Shown: one piece after another, positions 49,866-62,402 of the stretch
How positions within the stretch are numbered: the first letter of the stretch is position 1
Layout: every line of letters begins with the position of its first letter
DNA from: Psammoneis japonica
Taxonomy: Eukaryota
Direction: 5' to 3'
NCBI GenBank assembly: GCA_008632985.1
Contig: QPGO01000023.1
Location: forward strand, 279,266 to 343,265
Length of the DNA stretch: 64,000 nucleotides
Translations under genes and position numbers: made by a program
Notes under the pieces: generated by a model
What the model was told of the DNA's origin: nothing
What the model saw: only the letters and a program-made list of their open reading frames with translations
The model's database searches: none

Positions 49866-52530
49866 CTACCTCCTTGACTGCTGTCTCTTTGGGCAATCCT
49901 TAGAATGCGCTGGTCGACCTCTTGGTCGGCACCCCGTCACACTGTAGCTTTGCTGCAGCTTGTATTGTAGGAAGACAGGACAACAGTATGGATCAATGTC
50001 TTGCTTCCTCTGATCCCGTATCAGATCATTAAGATTTGAAAGAGCCGGTTGCACTTGATATGGAACAGATGGGAGGGATGCGCTCATGCTCGATGCAATG
50101 GCAACTTGTTGTGACAGGGCGCTTCTCACGGCTTGCAACATGTTGAACTGCTCCTCGACTCGAACGTGAGCCGCGTTAAGTAATGGTGTGTCATTCACAC
50201 ACATAGATTCAACCCCCACCTGAGGAGCCGCCACAATTTCCACAAAACCACTAGCCGGTCGAACGCTTGCCACTGCTGTAGTTTCTCCATCGTTGCCGTT
50301 TCCAACAACTGATCTTGTTGTTCGCTTGTATGGATTTGTCACTGGCTTTGTCCCACAGATATTGCACATACATCGATCCGTCTCCGGGTGTGGAGTAATT
50401 GTTTCATTTCTAGCATTCTGCTCCCGCAGGTACTTGGACAGAAAACGCTCGCCGGTGTCCGCCTCGAGTTCCCTTACATCTGGATAGGGCGCTTTCTTCC
50501 CCTTCTTTGTTGCTAGCTTGTTGATTTCGATTAGATTGAGCACGTTCCGATGAGTAACCACACCCCGAAAATCGTATGGAATCTTTGCTCGAGTCTCTGG
50601 ATTCATTCGTTCAACGCGTTCCTTTTCTTCAATTGTAGCGTTGTAGAGAACCAAACCTTCCAGAGTGATCAAATCCATCAATGAATCTCGCATCCCACAG
50701 TTCCCATAATGAGCCAGCGAATCATGAGCCTTTTCCAACTTTGACTCCGGCCCGAGTAATGTCCGCCACTTCACCAGCTTCGCTCTTGAACGGAGCGATG
50801 GAGCCACTGGCCAGTACTGCTCTGACTTTGGCACTGGAACGTCCAATCCCTTGGATGTTTCTCTTCCATTTGCCACGGCATCCTTTGTATCACTTGTAAA
50901 GAGTGTCAAACCACTGTTTGGATCAAGACGTCCCCCAGCGGGTCGCGATCCATCAGAAGCCGTACACTTATATCGGGCGTGCCAATCGTCAAGCAAGAGC
51001 TGTCAATTCCGATGCGCCAGATTCATCATAAAGATCAAGAATCGCAGAACCTGATGGACTGTAGCTGCCAATCCACTCGTAGAAAGATATCCAGTCACCT
51101 GATTCATCGTTGGCTCGTTGATAATACTCTTTCTGGAGATCCTCGAAATAGGCAGCTCGCATCTGGTGTAGCGTGTGAGAAAACTTATCGCCGTTTGCGT
51201 ACGTGACAAGAAAGGATTCAAATAGCCTTGTGGTTTCCCTTGTAAGGTGCCATTTGTTGGTTGTGCTGGCATACTTTGGCTCAGTTGGATACGATGATTG
51301 AAGGCTTTTTGGTAACTTGTGTAGCAGTCGACCGTCGTTGCCCTTGCATCGCGTCTTGCATTTGTTGCACTCATACCACATTGACACTGCCACATGAGTC
51401 TTACCGCTGATGCAATATATTGGCGTCGCCCCACCGTATCGAGTAAAGTCCATACGGTCATGAATCATCTCCCCGTCACACTCTCCGTCAATACAGGAAA
51501 TGTAGATGTTAGGACAATTCAGCTCCCAACAAACGATGTATATTATCATACCCTGCAGCTGGTGGTAGTAATAATCAGGCGGTGAAGTGCAGTCATCCTT
51601 GGGAACTTGAAACGATATTGTACCAGGCGGAAAGGTACCATCCTTGACCTCCAGAATCTCTTTGAGCTTAGTGCTTTTTGCTGTAGCAACAGGATACGTG
51701 TTGCTGCCCTGATCAAATCTGGGCTTGACAGAATCCAACAGATAACTGATAAGAGCACTCACTGCAGCCGGGCACTTTGTCTTCTCCTCCGAGTTCTCAT
51801 ACTTTTTCACTCGTGCTCGAATCTCTTTTTTCAACGTCTCAACCGAGAATTTTGTATTCCTTGCGGCATCAAAAAGATTCGGGTTGCTTGCGACGGTAGA
51901 ACTGGACGCTCCCAGATTCACGGGCTTGCAAAAGTTTGAATCACCGGGAGGAGGCAATGGAGCTCGACTGTTTGATTCTTTAATTTCAAAATGGTCTTCC
52001 ATGGTAGAAACTCCTTTCTGTGGGGCGGCTGGGATCGTATTGTTCTTTTCATGGAGCTCTTTTTCCCGTCGCTCTGCATCTTTCGTAGCCGCGGTGACAT
52101 TGATTTGCATGTATCGTTTCGAAAACTTGCACGTGGGATCGTGACCATGATGGTATGTAGGCCCATTCTCACACCTCTTGCATTTCTTTGTTCCGTCGTC
52201 TACTCTTGGCACCTTGCGCCCACTTAAATCGCTCTGTTGCGTGCGCTTCTTACGTGTCTGCGCTTGACTTTTGCTCGTTTTAATGGAGCCTTTGCGCTTC
52301 TGGGATTGAATGCCCACGTTGATAAAGAAAGGATGCAGCTGCTGCTGTGTAGCCACTTTTAGTGGAGCTGATTCTTCTTCAACGTCGGTCATCATCGAAG
52401 CACCAGTAGAGATTGTACTTTTCTCTCTCGTGGGTTTTTTTTGTGAGAGAATTTTTCTCATCGCGACAGAAGTCTGTGTTGTTGTGTTTTTCCGTGGCGC
52501 GAAAGAAGATGATTTCGGTCTCCGCATCAT
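49866..52530 (-). pseudogene. DUF6729-like putative transposon protein, split into two ORFs (513 and 376 aa)
   Basis: WYECNKCKTRCKGNDGRLLHKLPKSLQSSYP, and downstream LFTSDT...ESKLEKAH...EGLVLYN, fit my recollection of DUF6729-family proteins. The frame break at about 50990 looks like an internal deletion. Family call is not verified by search. Confidence 0.5.
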
Positions 52531-53092
52531 TTTGATTCTTGTGTCTGATTTTGGAGAGTTGTCTCAGCCTCCTCGTCTATAAATGATTGCGTCAGATTTT
52601 CCGAAAAAATGTTAATTAATTAGTCGGAAAGTCCTCGACTTTCCGAGGGCCCCCTATAAGTAGAAATCCCAAATGCTGAATTCTGATTGGCTCTCGTAGC
52701 GCCATTCCTAATCCTCCCTCGATGGGGAGGACGACACCTTCTATCGGTGCCTGCCTGTGCGCTCATTTTCTACTGTATTCAAATTTGTATATCCATATAT
52801 ACATCATAAGTAGTTGCCATGAGCACATCACGTTGTCGGTCACGGCGTTTCTGCACGCATGATGATACGCATGGCACCGTACGACTGCAAGAGACGCCGT
52901 TGAGTTCCCTTCTCGATCCCGAACTCCGATTTGAACCAGTCACGACTGTCTCAACCTCATCGCTTCGTGCGATAGTACAATTTCAAATTCAAACCCGCCA
53001 AATAGCTCCAACCGCCAAAACCAAAAAAGGCCTCTTGGGGGGACTGGGGCTAGAGACTATTTTGGATTATTGTCGTTCAAGATTCCCTTGCA

Positions 53093-53575
53093 TACCGTTC
53101 CAAAAGCGTTCCAAAAGCGTTCCGAAAGCGTTCCGAGAACGTTCTCATATGCACTAATTCGCGCGGAAATCAAACTTTGGAGCCGGTCAATTCGCCAATG
53201 AGACATATGATGCATTGTAATTAGTGCACTATTGTTAGAACTATTTGAGTATGGCACAATAGTGTAAAGTTTAACAGATTATATGGATTTATTGCAAAAA
53301 GGTACACCCGTCAAAACAGGTTTCTATTTTCTCTAAGAAAAAGAACGGCTGGTAGAAGTCTCAATAATTTTGAGTTACAGTGGCTATAAGTTGAACTATA
53401 AGGGTGTGTTGTAACTACTAGTATTGTTTGACAATAAACCATATCTATGACAACCGCCAATAGCTCCAACACGGAAATACCATTCGACGAAATAGGCATT
53501 TCGTCATTCCCGTGTTTCCACCGTTCCGGGACCGTACCAAAAGCGTTCCGAAACCGCACCAAAAGCGTTCCCGAA
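53093..53575. repeat. Two clusters of an 11-bp motif (cgttccRaaag), possible subterminal repeats of a small element
   Basis: ccgttccaaaagcgttccaaaagcgttccgaaagcgttccgagaacgttc at about 53095 and degenerate copies at about 53520-53572. Confidence 0.7.
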
Positions 53576-54599
53576 GGGAATCTCTCTAAAAGGCCTAACA
53601 TCAAAACATTGTTTTTAGACGTTGGAAACGAATGAGAACCCTGCCCGATAATACATGGAACCATCAATCCACCTACGGCAACAAAAACACTGCTGTATGG
53701 CAATAGCGCGGTATCAATCATTTTAGCATAGTGTAAAATATCAAATGCGCAACACACGACTGTACTACTCACCATACAAATGCGCCTGCCCAGAGCCACA
53801 GTAGATTGTCTTGCAAGGACAGTCATTCAGAGGCAGACAAGATCGGAATGGATTTGGAACCAATGGGTTCGCGTCATACTTGAGCACTTTGCAGGACATA
53901 CAGTAGTGTGCGAGTTGTGGGGCCTTCTTCAAGATGAAGGCAACCTTTCTCATGGGTTCCTGCCCACTCACTTGTTGTGTGCCCTTGTTTTCTGAATCTG
54001 CATTGTTCTGAAACCATTTTGCCGGGAATCTGTGGTGGAGCACACGAAGACACGATAAGAAAATGGTTTTGTGTCGGAATAGAGTTAATTGTAAATCTGG
54101 ACTTGTTGCGTACCATCATTCCAATCTCTTTTTGAAAATCAACGTACTGGCATTAGCTTCACCATCTTATCATCTTAGATTGACTGGTAACACAGGTTTA
54201 TGGATGATAATGGCATGCACGGTGACGGTGGACGGCACTGACTTTCGCTTCGCATCAACGAACCATCGCCGCGTTCGCCGTTCGACCCCATCTTCTATCT
54301 GGTGTCTGGTGTTCGCATAGCCCAAAATGCAACGTTTTAGGGGATGTGTAAAATGAATTATCGTCACGAAAAAACACGAAAAACCACGAAAAACAGGGAA
54401 AAACGAAAATTTCGACATTTCATGCAACTCCCAGTGACACGACATGATGAGAACCCGAACCTTTTTGATGGCGTTTTCGATGTCAACTGACATTTTTCTT
54501 GACACGAAAGTTCCATCCATCAACCAAAAACCAAAATGCATCTCGGTGGTCACAATTGCTGCGGGTGCGACTCGAGTCATCTACTTTTCTTAAACGAAG

Positions 54600-56183
54600 A
54601 TGATGAGGAGTGTTCTTGTGGCATCACGGCTCTGTAGTCAGCGCCTTGGTGTTACTAGGCCCACTGTTGTCTCTCCTATTTCGTCCTTCCGTCTTGATCA
54701 ATCTCGTTTCTTTGCCGATGCTGTGGAACGTAGTGAGACGGAAGAGGAGTGGACTGATGCTTTTACCAGAGCTACGGTTGGTATTGCTGAGATGGACCCC
54801 ACTACCATCGATTATGCAACGTCTGCTCACCGTATGAGAGTCTTGCTAAAGACGGGTCTCTTGCGTCACACGGATCTTGTTGATAACCCAGAACGCTTCT
54901 TCTTAGCCCATCGTATTCTTGCCAAGCACTCGTCCGCTGTTGGTCCAGGATTTTGGGTTAGATTCACAGTCCATTACAATCTTTGTGCCGGAACTGTCAT
55001 TGCCCTGGGCACCCCAGATCAGGTTTCTGACTTGGACGAGATGCAATCCAAGGGAGAACTTGGATGTTTTGCGCTTACCGAGAAGCTAGCTGGTGTCAAT
55101 TCAGGACTTGTTGTCAATACGACGGCTGACTGGGATGAAAACACCGAGACTTTTGTTTTGAATACCGCCGATGTTGGTGCTCACAAGAATTGGATCAGTC
55201 AAGGATTAGTCGCTGACAAGACGGTCGTTGTCGCGGACTTGCGCATCAAGGGCAAATCGTATGGTCCTCACGCTTTTCTCATGTACCTACGTCAAGATGG
55301 CGAGCTAGTTGATGGAGTGACAACGGAGGATATGGGCCTCAAGACGGTCGGAAACGATCTCGACAACGCTTCGATTGCTTTTGATCATGTCGTCATCCCC
55401 AAGTCATCTCTTCTGAGCCGGTTTGCCGATATCGATGACGGAAGCAACTACGTGCAAAAGGTGGAAGGTCTACCCGTCTTTCACATGATTGGTCAGCGTC
55501 TATTTACTGGAAGGGTTGCAGTCGCGCAAGCTGCAATGGCGTTTCGCCAGGGACTCTTTGAGAAAACGAAGGCCTTTACTGATCATAAGAAATGCTGGGC
55601 GCCAAAGGGCGAGCTCATGCTGAGTGGTATTCCGCAGCTCAAGGCGCTGTACAAGGAAGCTGACGAAGAAGCTTCCCAGCTCAATGCCTTTGTCGAGGAG
55701 TGTGAACGCCGCCTTTGCGAATGTCTCCGCAACGACAAGCTCCCAAGTATGGATCTCGTTGAAGCTATAGCATGTGCCAAAGTCAAGTGCGTGGAGGGGA
55801 GCATCGAGTCTTGTCACCGTCTACAGAACGAGGTTGGAAGCTATGCTCTCATGGCGCATACCGGGTTTGAGAACATCGACTTTTTGACCTGTTGCAAGTT
55901 TGCAGAAGGAGACAGTCGCATTCTTATGCAAAAGATGAGCAGGGATAGGATGAAGCGGTTCGCCAACAAGGAGTTGGAAAAGACGCCTCCGGCCGGAGTC
56001 GACCCCGAAGATTGGGATGAAGAGCACCACTACTGTACCATGTTGCAGGTGAAAATGCTTAAAATCATGACGGACGAGGGATTGGACAAGCAGGCTGCGT
56101 GGGATCGCTGCTTTAAAGAAGTGTACGAGCTCGCAGAACTTATCATGGCCAGGACAATGAAGTCCTTTATGGCAAAAGCTTGA
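54600..56183 (+). CDS. Acyl-CoA oxidase/dehydrogenase family protein, 527 aa, single exon
   Basis: FTVHYNLCAGT, GCFALTEKLAGVNSG, KNWISQG, GNDLDNA and FAEGDSRILMQK. The Arg/Ser-rich N-terminus resembles a mitochondrial presequence. Confidence 0.92.
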   Translation: MMRSVLVASRLCSQRLGVTRPTVVSPISSFRLDQSRFFADAVERSETEEEWTDAFTRATVGIAEMDPTTIDYATSAHRMRVLLKTGLLRHTDLVDNPERFFLAHRILAKHSSAVGPGFWVRFTVHYNLCAGTVIALGTPDQVSDLDEMQSKGELGCFALTEKLAGVNSGLVVNTTADWDENTETFVLNTADVGAHKNWISQGLVADKTVVVADLRIKGKSYGPHAFLMYLRQDGELVDGVTTEDMGLKTVGNDLDNASIAFDHVVIPKSSLLSRFADIDDGSNYVQKVEGLPVFHMIGQRLFTGRVAVAQAAMAFRQGLFEKTKAFTDHKKCWAPKGELMLSGIPQLKALYKEADEEASQLNAFVEECERRLCECLRNDKLPSMDLVEAIACAKVKCVEGSIESCHRLQNEVGSYALMAHTGFENIDFLTCCKFAEGDSRILMQKMSRDRMKRFANKELEKTPPAGVDPEDWDEEHHYCTMLQVKMLKIMTDEGLDKQAAWDRCFKEVYELAELIMARTMKSFMAKA

Positions 56184-56189
56184 AAAGGT

Positions 56190-57159
56190 TCATAATATTA
56201 AATTCTGTAAACTACTTGTCAACACTGTTTTCATGAGCCGATTCCTCCATGTCTCATCGAAACCGATGTCGTTTAGATATCCTGGAGAAACGGAACCGTA
56301 TTTTGTAGAGAGTAGCGAAAGCACCGATTTCATCATTTGCGGCTTGGCTCCAGCCATTGCCTTGTGATGATCATTGTTATCGTGATTCTGCTGCTTGTCG
56401 GCAAAGACTTGCATCATGGCCGCAGAGGCCTGTTGAGCGACTTTGGACGTGTCCGACAATGCAAACTCGTCTACAATATCCTCGTCCGACAATCCAATAG
56501 CTGCCTGCAGCAACATGCAAACCATTCCACTTCGATCCTTTCCTTGTGTACAGTTAATCGCACAGCATGTAGCGTTACCGCACTCTAGCTCGAGGGTAAC
56601 CGCCTTGAGAATGTTACAGTATTCCTCCTTTTGCATCTCTAGAAGTGTACATGAACAGGTCCAATCCACGTTTCTTCACCTCAGCAAACACAATTTTCAT
56701 GTACGTTGGAAAGTCTTCATCCTTGCTGACTCCAATATTGTTTTCAAACCAGTGTTCATTGATATATTTCGAAGTTTTATCTAGAAGATTCGCACGAAGC
56801 AACACTCGACGATGCTTGGAGTCGTCCTCTTTCTTTTCAAACAGTGAACTCAGATCTTGACCGTCTTTACCGGCAACATCGTCGAGTTGGACTATGTCAA
56901 ACGCACCACCAGGAGCCTTTGAGCTCCACGCCCCCTGCTTTGCATGGTCGACTTCTGGATTCGATCGAAGATCTACGTTCAACGTTAGGTCAAAGAGAAA
57001 GATGCGCTCTTCCCAAGTGTATGATTCCGCGTTCAGAATTGTTGCAAGATCGTCTGGCCTACCACAACGATAAACGCGATTCTTGAAACCAGACAATGAG
57101 CGAAAGTTGACGAGAACCTCGCTGTTGCCTTCTTTCAACGATGCGGGTGGATTCGACAT
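56190..57159 (-). pseudogene. Tyrosine-protein phosphatase (Y_phosphatase3-like) with one frameshift at about 56645
   Basis: NFRSL..VYRCGRPD and DLRSNPE in ORF 56614..57207; NCTQGKDRSG P-loop and DIVDEFALS in ORF 56190..56669. No room for an intron at the break. Confidence 0.75.
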
Positions 57160-57941
57160 TGTTCTCTGCTTACAATCGTCATGAGCTCGCAGATGGGAGT
57201 GGTTCACTCTTCACTCTTCAGCTTTCAGCTGTTGCCGACGATAAGGTTGACGAATTGAATTCAGTGAAGTGAAGGTGTAAGTTGAAAGCGAGTGCGTGGT
57301 GAAGTGGTGAAGGTCGCGCCTTCAAATCCTCAGAGTCTGCCTTGAAACTTGTGACGTGGAAGATTAATCAGAATGCAAGAAAAAACTGCAGGGGGTGTCT
57401 ACTCCTGGGTCATTCCGCCACCATATCATCATAAATGTTTATTGCACTCCATCGGAAAAAGGTTGGACGAATGACTGTATATAATTATTGTAATGTCTCC
57501 GATGACAACGAGTCAAAAACGAGAATCCTGTCGGTCGGACATTTTGAAAGAAACATTTAACAGAAGATCATTGTTCAAATCTATCTTAATCGCCCTTTCA
57601 CCACATAAATGTTTAGGTCCCCCTAAGTATTGTTATGTTTTGTGATCGTGGGTTCGAGGTCGCGGATGGATTGCAAACGTCCGAGCTGAAGCCTTTTCTT
57701 GCCCATTATTTAACTCTTTAATCATTGTTTATGACATTTGTGAAATGACTTAAGGCGTCATTGTTTAACGATTAATTGAATTGCTGTTAAATGATTGGGG
57801 AGGAGAAGTTGGAAGAACACAAAGCATTCGGCTTCGCATCCCCATTCCATTTCGAACGACCGGCTCTGCAACACTCCCACAAAAAATCCAGACACCTAAA
57901 AAGTTACCAACTATCAACAAGTACTACTCTTTCCAGCCCCG

Positions 57942-60001
57942 ATGAGGTTGTCACTATTCATCCTCGCCTTATCCCTGGTTCTGTCGCCCTGCACCTCGCA
58001 GCCAGAGCTCATCAGCAGCTTCGACAGCTGCACCGCGATGAACAACTACTACATCAACAAGGTGCTACCGCTCATCGGTCCATACGGCCTCAACTCCCGC
58101 AACGCCTACACACCGACCCGAAATCCAGAGTTTGCCGGTAAGCCAGGCCGTCCGGGCGGGCCCGCTGGGCTGAAGCTCTACAAGCCTTTCGAAGACCCAA
58201 AAGTCATCGAAAAGGGAAACATCACCGAAGGCAACTCGTTCATCGACGATGAAGATGACGAAGAAGGTAAGGAGGAGGGCAAGGACTTCTCGGGCACCAA
58301 TGTCCAGGTAAAGGGCGTCGACGAGGCCGACATTGTCAAGACTGATGGCGAGATGGTGTACGCGATCTCGGGCTCAAAGTTAACCGTCATCAAGGTCCTC
58401 AACGAGGGTGGGGGCGGAAGAGTCACTGGAACAATCCAACTACCTACCCGCCCGGACGACATGCTGCTCGAGAAGAACTTTGTCGTCGTCATTGGTCGCG
58501 ACCGTAACTACAAACGCAAGGTCCACCGACGGTACAGACGCCATCCGTCGCGTGGTGAGCAGTCGACTGTTTTGTACCAAATCCGTATCAAGAACTACAA
58601 GCCGAAGCTGATTTCAACGCTTCATCTTGAAGGGTCATACGTCAAGGCGCGTGAAACGGACGGCGTTGCACGAATCGTGATCAAATTCAACCCTTTGCAA
58701 TCCATCTGGCTGTATTACCCCAACCGCAAGTACAAGAAGGATCAGACACTTAAGTGGAACCAGGAGATCATCGAATACTCGAGGGCTGGGAATTGGCTGC
58801 CGACCTACAAGCTTCAAAAGGGAAAGCAAACACAGGTTGGCGTGTACGGATCATGCAGTGACCTGTACCATTCGCCAGATGTGTTCTCAGGCTTTTCGAT
58901 GCTCTTAGTGGTGACGCTGCCGCTCAACAAACTCATGACTCCAACGTCATCAAACTCAATTATCTCCGATGCCGAGGCTTTGTATGTGACCAAGCAGTCG
59001 ATGTACGTGACGACCAACGAATTCCAATTTGGTAATGTGCCCAACAGCGCCAACCGTTGGGGTCCGAACTACCAGACACGTATCCACCGATTTAGCCTGA
59101 GCGAAACGGGGGCAACATATAGAGCATCTGGTCAAATCACGGTAAGCGAGCGTGCTTCACTGCCCGAATAGATTTCAACGCGTGTCTTTACTCAAGTCTT
59201 GTCTTTGTTTGCTGCTTATAGGGTAGCGTCCTCAACCGATTCTCTATGCACGAGAACGACGGCCACTTCTTCATTGCGTCGACCGTCGGGGCCTCTTGGT
59301 GGACGGGGCGGTCGCTCAGCGAGAGCAGGGTCACTTCGTTCAAGATCGACGACGACAAGGGCTTGCTGAAGCCTGTGGGCCTTGTTGAAGACCTAGGTGT
59401 CGGCGAGCGCATCTTTGCGGTGCGATATCATAAGGACATTGCATACGTTGTGACGTTTAGGGAGACGGATCCGCTCTACATCATCGACCTGGCAAATCCA
59501 AAGAAGCTTGAAGTCAAGGGAGAGCTCAAGATCCCTGGCTTCAGCACGTACCTTCACAGAGTGGAGGATGGAAGAGTCCTCGGAGTCGGAAAGGACGTGG
59601 TAAATGGCAGGACCTTAGGCACCAAGGTGTCGCTATTCGACGTGAGCGACGAAACAAACCCGAAGGAACTGTCAGTGTGGACGCTCCAAGGAAGCTACTC
59701 CGAGGCGGAGTGGGACAACCGGGCATTCTTGTACTGGAAAAAATTGAAACTCGCCATCATGCCGCTTGTGATCTACGGACGACGTAGAACGTTTTATGGC
59801 GCCATTGTTCTCCAAATTACCGACAAGAAGATCGTTGAGATCGGCCGTATCCAGCACATCATTCCTGGAAATCGTTACCATCCGCGAATCCTGAGAAACC
59901 TCGTGATAGGAAAATTCTTGTGGTCCATGTCGTCAGAGCAGCTCCAAATCAACGAGCTGGAAAACATCGAAAAGAAGAGGGGCGCTGTTGGCATTGCGTA
60001 A
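57942..60001 (+). CDS. Secreted beta-propeller domain protein (Beta_propel/COG4880-like), 659 aa, 2 exons
   Basis: Signal peptide; FSGTNVQVKGVDEADIVKTDG, GERIFAVRY, YVVTFRETDPLYIIDL, GELKIPGFSTYLH and KVSLFDVSD. Intron 59142-59221 (GTAAGC...TAG) is in frame. Confidence 0.92.
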
Positions 60002-60699
60002 TATTAGATATGAGAGGAGAATGCAATTGGCGAAGGATCATTCTCTATTGTAGCATTAGTAAACCGATTATAACTATTTCATTGCTATCTACCGATCTTG
60101 TTCAGTGGCTGGGTTTCGAACATTTCAGACTTAATATCTCCAATCCATACCGGTTATCACTACCTTGCTGTTATTGCATAGCCTGCAGAGCAGTCCAAAA
60201 ACGTTTGCTCCAAGCGTAAGATTTTGCCAATCCGTGTTGACGCGAAACTGCCATTCTGGTGGAGATCGATCGCGAACTCCATGTTGGGCTTGTAGCAGCA
60301 GGCAACCAGAATTTCGTTCTCCTCATGTGACGTGCATGTTATTGGGTTTCGACTTGCGTTAGTTGTTCTCCTCGTTTGACTTGCATTCTTCACCCTTGGA
60401 TGGCCGGACAAAGCCTTTGTAGTGGCTGCTGGTTGTTTTGGTTACTTTGCGGGACAGAGGCAGCCAACATTTGTCATTGCTTGTTTTTGGTGTAATTCTA
60501 AGCAGATCACATCCATGTGGTTTTTTGAGTCGAGAGAGAAAGCTCCAGGATCCGGGACAAAAGCTGAAGCAACACGCCCTTTCAACTACGTGCGGATCCC
60601 CCCTGTGTGAGGGGGACGTGAGATCTGATCTTGGGTGCGTGGGAAATAAAGCTGAAAGATGCCATGACAGCTGCAGAAGAAGAACCCAAAAGAGCATCA

Positions 60700-61040
60700 A
60701 TGGTGCATTCTCTCTGCAATGGCTGCATGCAGCAACACGCAACACGCAAGCACCATTCGACTTCGATCCTTTCCTTTGCACAACATGAAGTGCTACCGAA
60801 TTCTCGCTCAAGGGATAGTCTTGATAGAATTCTATAATATTCCTTCTCTTGCATCTCAACAGAAGAGTACAAATGAACGTAGACATAGTCTTCGCCTCTT
60901 ACCTCGGCAAACACAATTTTCATATAGGTTGGAAAATCTTCATCCTTGTTGACTCCGATTTTCCTTTCAAACCAGTGCTCATTGATATACACAGACATTT
61001 TATCAAGGAGATTCGCTCGAAGTAACACTCGACAATGCAC
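60700..61040 (-). pseudogene. Partial degenerate duplicate of the tyrosine phosphatase gene
   Basis: RVLLRANLLDKMSVYINEHWFERKIGVNKDEDFPTYMKIVFAEV is nearly identical to the translation of about 56680-56810, followed by frameshifts. Confidence 0.85.
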
Positions 61041-61615
61041 TGTACTTGCATCTCTTAGGTTTTATCCTAACATACCATAGCGAAATGGCCAATCCAACTT
61101 TGAACTTGAGCCACGATCGAGAAAATTTTGAAAATGAAAATCTCCCTCCAAAATGGCGTAGCTTGAAGTTATTGGTCAACCAATCAGAATGGCTCAGAGC
61201 TCGCAATCACGGATCTCCCGTTAAAGTAGTCCTAGACCCAACAAGAATGCCCAAATGCCAATGCACAACCCATGGCACAATTATAACGCAGGAGCGTTAC
61301 ATCGGCATACATACGGTGCCTACTCTAGCTAGAGACTATCCTTTCTGGGTTTCTTCCCTCGGCATTCGATCTCTTTTCTATCCGTTCTCTCCATTTTACC
61401 CGTACGCAAGCACAAGAAGATGGAGAAACGTCTGCAGGAGGAGAGACGTCTAGAAGCGCTACTACGAACGACCATCCAAGCTTTTCAATAACCTTTTTTT
61501 AGATCAATTGAACCCCGCTATTTTATCATTCTATCCTACTCTATCCTACCCCATCCCTTGACAACAACCAATCATATCATTCCATTAAATCAAATTTCTT
61601 GACAACAACCAATCA

Positions 61616-61876
61616 CCACCTTTGAGGGCAGGCGAACCCTATCTAACTGAGATTCGGGTCATAGCACGTCGAGTGGAACCCCCTTCCTTGGAGGTACCAC
61701 TCTCAGTCTCGCCGGGGAGCAACCCCTTGGCTCTCATAGGCCGTCTTGCAGAAAAAAATACAGAGGTGCTGCTGCAGTCAGCTACCTCGGTATGGTTGCT
61801 CGTAATTATTAGAGACGAGAGCAACCTCGTCTGCCCTTTATATCGGGACTTTCCCAAAAGTGGTAGATTGTAGATT
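61616..61876 (+). repeat. Structured dispersed repeat, copy 2
   Basis: Homologous to 49340-49634 in inverted orientation. Confidence 0.8.
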
Positions 61877-61960
61877 TTAAAATGAAGAATACTCCTCAAC
61901 CTTGGACCACTCCATATAATATTCAATATTGGTATCCGCTTGAGCCACCCCGTACAGTAT

Positions 61961-62083
61961 GATGTAGTATCCACTTGAGCCGCCCCGTTTGACATGGTAT
62001 CAACTGTATCCGCTCAACATGATATGGTGTCAACTGTATCCGCCCCACATGATATGGTATCAACTTGAGCCACCACACATGAT
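61961..62083. repeat. 30-bp minisatellite, 4 diverged copies
   Basis: gatatggtatcaactgtatccgccccacat-like units starting at 61961, 61991, 62021 and 62051. Confidence 0.85.
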
Positions 62084-62189
62084 GCAACATTTTCCTTTAG
62101 AAATGTGGACAAAGATTAAAGCAAAGAAAGTTGAGAAAAAAAAACATTTAATCAATAGAGAGTCCGTCACTTTCGCAAATACCGTGCTG

Positions 62190-62347
62190 TGATGCACTCA
62201 CTGAGAATGTGACAATGAAGAAACACATTTCGGGTCCAGATAATCTTTTCATTTGTTTTCATTATGAATCGGTTTTTGGTTTGACAACAGCAGGTCCAAT
62301 GGCATCAACACAAAATGAATAATGCTCATTTTCGGCGGCGACGGCCA
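62190..62347 (+). repeat. LTR-like dispersed repeat, copy 2
   Basis: Homologous to 19977-20148. Ends gacggcca, followed by ttggatgcc. Confidence 0.6.
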
Positions 62348-62402
62348 TTGGATGCCAAGCGATTGTTGAAACATCCGCGACTTTCGCAGAGAAGACAGTG
62401 CC

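Noticed and set aside
53770..54060. Possible second LINE RT fragment on the minus strand (EQCRFRK, IYCGSGQ)
   Set aside because: Only two short motif-like matches in different frames; cannot be supported without a search.
61961..62083. 30-bp repeats (and the 11-bp, 54-bp and 190-bp repeats) as a CRISPR array
   Set aside because: The units are head-to-tail with no unique spacers, there are no cas genes, and the context is eukaryotic.
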